From: a virus
Lineage: Duplodnaviria > Caudoviricetes
Length of the DNA: 64,000 nucleotides
Direction: 5' to 3' (one strand)
IMG/VR virus record: IMGVR_UViG_3300028833_000073
Location: 94,306 to 158,305 of that record
Positions 58,881-64,000 of this stretch are shown piece by piece. Position numbers and translations under genes: made by a program. Within the stretch, counting starts at the first letter, position 1; the number at the start of each line of letters is the position of its first letter. Under the pieces are notes generated by a model that was not told the DNA's origin, ran no database searches, and saw only the letters and a program-made list of their open reading frames with translations.

Positions 58881-59526
58881 ATACTTTGATATGGTGAAGA
58901 GTGCTAGGAATGATAAAGAAGGATGGCTTAAGTCTAATGAACTTAAGGCAAAATACTCTGCTCTAAAACACTATTGGGATTATAATTCTCCTTCATATGA
59001 CGATATACTAGAGATAATAGACTTTGTAAGAATGCTAAAGAGTGCTTACTTCTATCCTAATAGATTTGGAGATAGTTATGCAGTTATTGATGATAAGAAC
59101 TATAGGTGTCCACTAGTAATAGATATTAGTGAAAACACTTATAGTGTAGAGTTTAAGGCTGGATATATTTTCGGTGTATATAACTCTAGATACATCATTA
59201 AGATAACATTAACAACTGTAAAAGATATTAAGTGGATGGAGATATCTATAAGAGAAACAGAAGGCAAGAAAGTAATATCTAAGATCAAATTTGAAGATGG
59301 TAAGTATAGAATGAAGGGAGAAGAGTTTGAAGAAGAGCTATTCATTACAGTAATAAGTAATCTATATGAAAGTACTAGAGAACTTGTTGATGTATATAGT
59401 GGAAGAATACAATGTAAAGATAGTCTAGATATTAGAGATTATTTATTACCAAATAATGAACATAAAGATGATGAGAAGGGACTTATTCAGAGGAGTTTTT
59501 CCTTCCTCAAAAACTTATTACCCTGA
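58873..59526 (+). CDS. Hypothetical protein
   Basis: Overlapping operonic ORF. Confidence 0.72.
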   Translation: MSRYFDMVKSARNDKEGWLKSNELKAKYSALKHYWDYNSPSYDDILEIIDFVRMLKSAYFYPNRFGDSYAVIDDKNYRCPLVIDISENTYSVEFKAGYIFGVYNSRYIIKITLTTVKDIKWMEISIRETEGKKVISKIKFEDGKYRMKGEEFEEELFITVISNLYESTRELVDVYSGRIQCKDSLDIRDYLLPNNEHKDDEKGLIQRSFSFLKNLLP

Positions 59527-59659
59527 CGTAGAGGTAGGGGTAATATAGCTTGATATTCGCCACTAGTAGTCTGATTTGCATTCGATTCAAAGACTACTGA
59601 TAATTAGAGAAGATGGTTGGTGGCCATCTTCCTTTTTATCACTTTTGTAACACTTTAGT

Positions 59660-59815
59660 AAGAGAATGCGAATTCATTCTCCTTCTTCTGGACTTAGGTA
59701 CACTTGTTTGCGTGCCTAGCTAATTTTGGGATTTTTTCATTGTTGATCTTCCTTTCTTAACATTATAATCAATTACCTCTTCCTTATACCCTACCGTAAG
59801 GTAGGGTATCTTTTT
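59660..59815 (+). ncRNA. Putative sRNA, ACACUUGUUUGCGU-hairpin family (long form with anti-SD/AUG segment)
   Basis: AACA-ctttag-TA at 59649-59660; 5' hairpin GAGAAUG..CAUUCUC; core 59700-59713; terminator 59786-59815. Confidence 0.65.
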
Positions 59816-59854
59816 CTAATTCTATCGAAACTTGATGATATGGGGTGATACATA

Positions 59855-60955
59855 ATGAGAGGTACGTTTGTTGAAGCTCATATAGCAGATATACACTTTG
59901 GAGCATTAGATCCTAGTGTACAGTATAAATTATTACACGAGCAATTTATTAGTAAGATTATAGATATACCATTGGATATAATCTCCATTAATGGAGATTT
60001 GTTTGATAAGAAGTTTATGGCAAACTCAGATGTCATAACTTATGCAACTAAGTTCATAGCTGACTTAGTAGAGATATGTAAGATGAAAGGATCTACTCTG
60101 ATTCTTATAGAAGGAACAGAGAGTCATGATGCACATCAATTGAATAGCTTCTATCATTACAATGGATTAGATGCTGATGTAAGAATAATAGAGAGTGCAA
60201 ATTTCATAAATGTAAGAGGGAAAGAGATACTATGTTTACCTGAAGAGTATGGTAAGGGATATGAGTATTATAGATCTCTATTTGCTAATAGAGAGTATGA
60301 TGCTTGTTATCTCCATGGTACTATTGTAGGTAGTATCTTTGGAAAGTCTGTACCGAATCTTAATAGTGATAGAGAACCTATATTCTCTATAGAGAATTTC
60401 TGGAGATGTAAAGGTCCTATCATATGTGGTCATGTACATGTGGCTGGTTGTTATAATAGTCACATCTACTATAGTGGAAGCCCATTAAGATGGAGATTTG
60501 GAGAAGAACAAGAGAAAGGATTCTTCTTACTCTGTCATAATTTGGATACTCAAGAATACTATATGCATTTCAATCCAGTGGTATCATTTAGATATGATAC
60601 ATTGGATTTAGATGAGATACTTCTTAGTGATCCTAAGGATATAATCAACTACCTAGACAATCTCAAAGCTAATGGAGTTGATCATATCAAGTTAAAGGTA
60701 AGGAAGTACACTGATGTACTACCGATACTTAGAGATTATTACAGTACTAAGAAATGGATGGTGATAGAAGATAAGAGTAGATTAGAGAAGGTTATGGAAG
60801 AAAATGATAATAACCTTAAACAGTATGAAGGATTATCATTCTTGAATGATCCTAGTATAGATGAATATACTAAATTCGTGATGTATGTAAACCATTACGA
60901 AGGAGAAGGATTCATTACTATAGAGAAGCTTAAGGAGTTGATTACTAATGTCTGA
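59855..60955 (+). CDS. SbcD/Mre11-like metallophosphoesterase nuclease
   Basis: ADIH, GDLFD, GTESHD, HG, GHVH, YSGSP motifs. Confidence 0.88.
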   Translation: MRGTFVEAHIADIHFGALDPSVQYKLLHEQFISKIIDIPLDIISINGDLFDKKFMANSDVITYATKFIADLVEICKMKGSTLILIEGTESHDAHQLNSFYHYNGLDADVRIIESANFINVRGKEILCLPEEYGKGYEYYRSLFANREYDACYLHGTIVGSIFGKSVPNLNSDREPIFSIENFWRCKGPIICGHVHVAGCYNSHIYYSGSPLRWRFGEEQEKGFFLLCHNLDTQEYYMHFNPVVSFRYDTLDLDEILLSDPKDIINYLDNLKANGVDHIKLKVRKYTDVLPILRDYYSTKKWMVIEDKSRLEKVMEENDNNLKQYEGLSFLNDPSIDEYTKFVMYVNHYEGEGFITIEKLKELITNV

Positions 60956-61445
60956 AGAAAGAGGAGATAAACAATACTTAGTTCATACAGTATGGCATGG
61001 AGGTAATCCTAGAAATAATTGGTATTTAATTAGAGCTAATTATAAAGCCGAGGCTATGAAGAAGTTATATTTATTTCTTGATAAGCACCATATTGCAAAC
61101 AGACATTCATACTTTTTTGAATTATGCTATTGCTTAGATATTACTGATGGATGGCCATGTGGCGAAGGAGGATTTCAGCTAGATTGGTGTGGAGATTATA
61201 GTCTTGGTGATATAGTTGTTGCAATATATAATGTCGATGATGAAAAGGTTAAAAAGTTATTAGAACAACAAGGTCCTGGTTTTACTCAGACTAATGAGTA
61301 TGATGAATACAATTGTCCTGATATACCAGAAAATCACTATGAGACAGAAATAGAATTTTTATTAGATCTATATAATATAGATGGGCTTAAGAAGATTATT
61401 AGTAAGCTTGATAAAATATTTAAGGGGGAAAAGAAAAATGCTTAA
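60948..61445 (+). CDS. Hypothetical protein
   Basis: AAGGAG RBS. Confidence 0.7.
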   Translation: MSEERGDKQYLVHTVWHGGNPRNNWYLIRANYKAEAMKKLYLFLDKHHIANRHSYFFELCYCLDITDGWPCGEGGFQLDWCGDYSLGDIVVAIYNVDDEKVKKLLEQQGPGFTQTNEYDEYNCPDIPENHYETEIEFLLDLYNIDGLKKIISKLDKIFKGEKKNA

Positions 61446-62106
61446 TAAGATTCATGTGGACCTGAAGAATCTCAAAGTGGTAGATAATGAGATAGCTAAT
61501 GCTAAACCAAGGATTCATACTATTGAGATTACGGATACTGAATATGCTACAGATGATAAGACAGATAATGTTATTAAGAAGATTGATAAACCATTAGGTG
61601 GAGGAAGATATTGGTATGTAACATTGTCAATGACATATATTGGAATGGTATATCATTTCAATATCTGTTTCTTGTTAGAAGAAAGCTATAATGGGTTTGA
61701 GAAATTCTTAAGAGAGGACTTTGAGTCTAAGTCAAGCATTATTAAGAATCATCTCATCAAGTATATCAAACTCATCAGTGAGTTTAGATATGAACCTAGG
61801 TATATTGTTAGCCAAGAGGGTAAGAATACTATCTGGGAAACGGTATATGGTGAGGATAAGATGGATGCATGTAATCCTTGTTATCTTGATAGAATCAAGT
61901 TGCTGCTTGATAGATATGCCACTTACAAGTATAAGAATTGTAATGTCATTACTGATTCTGATAAGAATAGTGTTACCTTTGGTAATATCAGAACTGGAGA
62001 AGAGAGAAAGTATTTCATTAGAAGGTATGATGAGAATAAAGAGAATGGAGCAAAATATAGACCTAAAGTAGAACCCATGGAGGCGAGTGATGATGAGTCC
62101 GATTGA
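61438..62106 (+). CDS. Hypothetical protein
   Basis: AAGGGGG RBS favours ATG 61438. Confidence 0.7.
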   Translation: MLNKIHVDLKNLKVVDNEIANAKPRIHTIEITDTEYATDDKTDNVIKKIDKPLGGGRYWYVTLSMTYIGMVYHFNICFLLEESYNGFEKFLREDFESKSSIIKNHLIKYIKLISEFRYEPRYIVSQEGKNTIWETVYGEDKMDACNPCYLDRIKLLLDRYATYKYKNCNVITDSDKNSVTFGNIRTGEERKYFIRRYDENKENGAKYRPKVEPMEASDDESD

Positions 62107-62368
62107 ATACGTAGTCATGCAAGACTATACAAGAGAATTACTTAGAACCGATGATCATGATAAAGCTGTAAAATATTTAGAAGATGCAGCTAAAGAATAT
62201 GAAGATAGGTTCCGAGTAAGACTCAATAAGTCTGATGAAACTCTTACATTCCAAGACTTTGATACAGGAAAGATAATATCCACTATAAGAATCAAGGTCT
62301 ATGATAACAGAGTTACGAATGGAGGTCTTTTTAATGGCTTTAATATTGCCAACTTACTACGGACTTGA
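62087..62368 (+). CDS. Hypothetical protein
   Basis: GGAGG RBS. Confidence 0.7.
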   Translation: MMMSPIEYVVMQDYTRELLRTDDHDKAVKYLEDAAKEYEDRFRVRLNKSDETLTFQDFDTGKIISTIRIKVYDNRVTNGGLFNGFNIANLLRT

Positions 62369-62702
62369 TAAGAATCCAGATCCAGGTCCATGGTATGTAG
62401 TAAGATCTGAATCAGATACTATCGGTACATTAGAGGTAGCTGAACATGTAGTACCAGTATTCAGGGCAAATACTCTTCTTGAAGCTGAAGCTTATATTAA
62501 GAGAAAAGCTATTGAGGAACTATATCCATTGGGGTACGAGTTCTGGGATACTAAAGATAAGAATATGAAGATACTCAAACTAAAGACAGATAGAGCAACA
62601 CCTGCTATTCTATCTGCCAATGTAAAGAAGCAATATATAATCTTTGGCCTCTTCTCTAAGAAAGAGGCCAATGCAATGACGTTCGTTGGATGGAGTGAAT
62701 AA
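62334..62702 (+). CDS. Hypothetical protein
   Basis: GGAGG RBS favours ATG 62334. Confidence 0.7.
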   Translation: MALILPTYYGLDKNPDPGPWYVVRSESDTIGTLEVAEHVVPVFRANTLLEAEAYIKRKAIEELYPLGYEFWDTKDKNMKILKLKTDRATPAILSANVKKQYIIFGLFSKKEANAMTFVGWSE

Positions 62703-62753
62703 TTAAAACTCCTACCATATAATTGTAATCTTATTTTCTAAGGAGGAAATATA

Positions 62754-63068
62754 ATGGAAAGAGCATATGAGTACATTCTCTATAAGAAGTCTACTGAGAG
62801 TTATGGTGATATCGTTACACCTATTCTTAAGACGTATAAGAAAGAAGTCGCTATTGAGCGGATGAAGAATGAAGCTCTTTGGCTTATGACCAATGAAGAT
62901 TATCAGAATATCAAAGATCATGAGCCAGAGGATAAGCTTACTATTATTAAGACTGGTTCTAGACTACAGTTCTATATTGAGGCTACTGAGATTGACTTCA
63001 CTGGAGCCCCATGGATTGTTGATACGAAAGAATCTAACGAAGAGGAGAATAAAGAAAATGAAGAATGA
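62754..63068 (+). CDS. Hypothetical protein
   Basis: AAGGAGG RBS. Confidence 0.75.
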   Translation: MERAYEYILYKKSTESYGDIVTPILKTYKKEVAIERMKNEALWLMTNEDYQNIKDHEPEDKLTIIKTGSRLQFYIEATEIDFTGAPWIVDTKESNEEENKENEE

Positions 63069-63873
63069 AATCAAACCATTTAATTTCATTGGGATGGAAA
63101 AAGATGGATTAGGTAAGAATGAACCTGACCTTACTTATATTGAGATCGAAGGAGCTAATTGTGTAACTGTACTTACCCATACTCCTAATCCTGATCTTGT
63201 TGTTGCAGTAGCAGCTAGTACTTGCTACTCACATGATGATCCTATTACTCTCTATGAAAAACTAGAAGCTGATCCAGAGAGAATGAAGAGGGTTATTACA
63301 AAATGTGTCAATAGTGGACATTTGTCCGTTCTTGAACATGCTTCTATCACCTTTGCTATCTCTAAAGTATCTAGGTCATTCTTAGCTCAGATTAGTAGGC
63401 ATAGAATTGGCTTCTCAATATCTGTTCAGAGTCAACGCTATGTGAATCTAGCTGAGCTTAAGGGTGATGATTTTATCTATCCTCCTATCAATGGTAGTGA
63501 ACCTGATGTGATGCACAACTACTTCAAGGACAAGTATAAGGAGTCTGTAGATTGGTATAGATTCCTACAGAATGAAGGTATTCCTAATGAGGATGCTAGG
63601 TATGTACTACCAGAAGGTACACCCACTAATATGGTAGTAACTATGAATCTTCGAGAGATTCTTCATTTCTGTGGTCTTCGTTGTTGTTCTCGTGCTCAGT
63701 ATGAGATTCGTAAGGTAGCTAGTATCATTGCTAGGTATGCTAAGCATATTGCTCCTATCTCTTTGGCTAAGTGTGGTCCTAAGTGTGAACAGCTAGGATA
63801 CTGTAATGAAGATAAGAGCTGTGGTAGGAAACCAATTCTTGGTGAGCTTATGGAAGCCTACTATAATAGCTAA
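63058..63873 (+). CDS. thyX: Flavin-dependent thymidylate synthase
   Basis: GHLSVLEH, SRSFLAQISRHR...SVQSQRYV, EDARYVLP, NLRE..HF..LR; GAGGAG RBS favours ATG 63058. Confidence 0.93.
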   Translation: MKNEIKPFNFIGMEKDGLGKNEPDLTYIEIEGANCVTVLTHTPNPDLVVAVAASTCYSHDDPITLYEKLEADPERMKRVITKCVNSGHLSVLEHASITFAISKVSRSFLAQISRHRIGFSISVQSQRYVNLAELKGDDFIYPPINGSEPDVMHNYFKDKYKESVDWYRFLQNEGIPNEDARYVLPEGTPTNMVVTMNLREILHFCGLRCCSRAQYEIRKVASIIARYAKHIAPISLAKCGPKCEQLGYCNEDKSCGRKPILGELMEAYYNS

Positions 63874-63939
63874 TTATTTCCGACCAAAAATACTTTCAGC
63901 GATATATTATAGATGGGAGAAAGGAGGTGAAAGTATTTA

Positions 63940-64000
63940 TGATTAAGAAGTTTTTACTCAGTGTGGCATTGATCTTGTCCGCATTGGTATCTGTTGGAAT
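63940..64000 (+). CDS. Partial gene beginning with a signal peptide
   Basis: Early promoter near 63903, AAAGGAGG RBS, MIKKFLLSVALILSALV; truncated by window end. Confidence 0.65.

Noticed and set aside
1-64000. tRNA/rRNA genes, alternative genetic code, phage-nucleus (chimallin/tubulin) genes, reverse transcriptase
   Set aside because: None recognisable; ORFs are intact under code 11 with all three stops used. Absence from this window says nothing about the rest of the genome.

Overview
AT-rich, gene-dense 64 kb segment of a jumbo bacteriophage of the phiKZ/AR9-like type, encoding its own multisubunit RNA polymerases. A Firmicute host is likely (strong AGGAGG/AAAGGA RBSs; one secreted protein resembles Negativicutes proteins). 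Recognisable genes: an RNAP beta' N-terminal subunit split by two group I introns (one inside the catalytic NAD|FDGD motif, carrying an HNH homing endonuclease), an RNAP beta' C-terminal subunit, type IIA topoisomerase B and A subunits, RNase H, Dda/RecD-like helicase, SbcD/Mre11-like nuclease, dUTPase, dCMP-deaminase-family protein, ThyX, an RCC1-repeat protein and many probable virion proteins. Two promoter classes can be read from the sequence: early-like (T/C)ATATTAT and late-like NAC(A/T)-N6-T(A/G). Using them to orient intergenic DNA reveals a candidate small-RNA layer. (i) Five promoter-to-terminator RNA genes share an invariant hairpin core ACACUUGUUUGCGU with covarying stems and variable flanks; three form a tandem array at 12157-12524 and two carry anti-(SD+AUG) segments. 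(ii) A ~50-nt early RNA at 1744-1792 is complementary to a 16-nt leader shared by five early transcripts. (iii) Several further structured RNA candidates exist. At protein level there is a shared terminal motif [RK]L[VI][DN]PP[FW], two stand-alone EF-Ts N-terminal-domain homologues, and a PemK/MazF-like plus transglutaminase-like fusion. All calls come from motif reading by eye; no searches were run and none of the RNAs is shown to be expressed.
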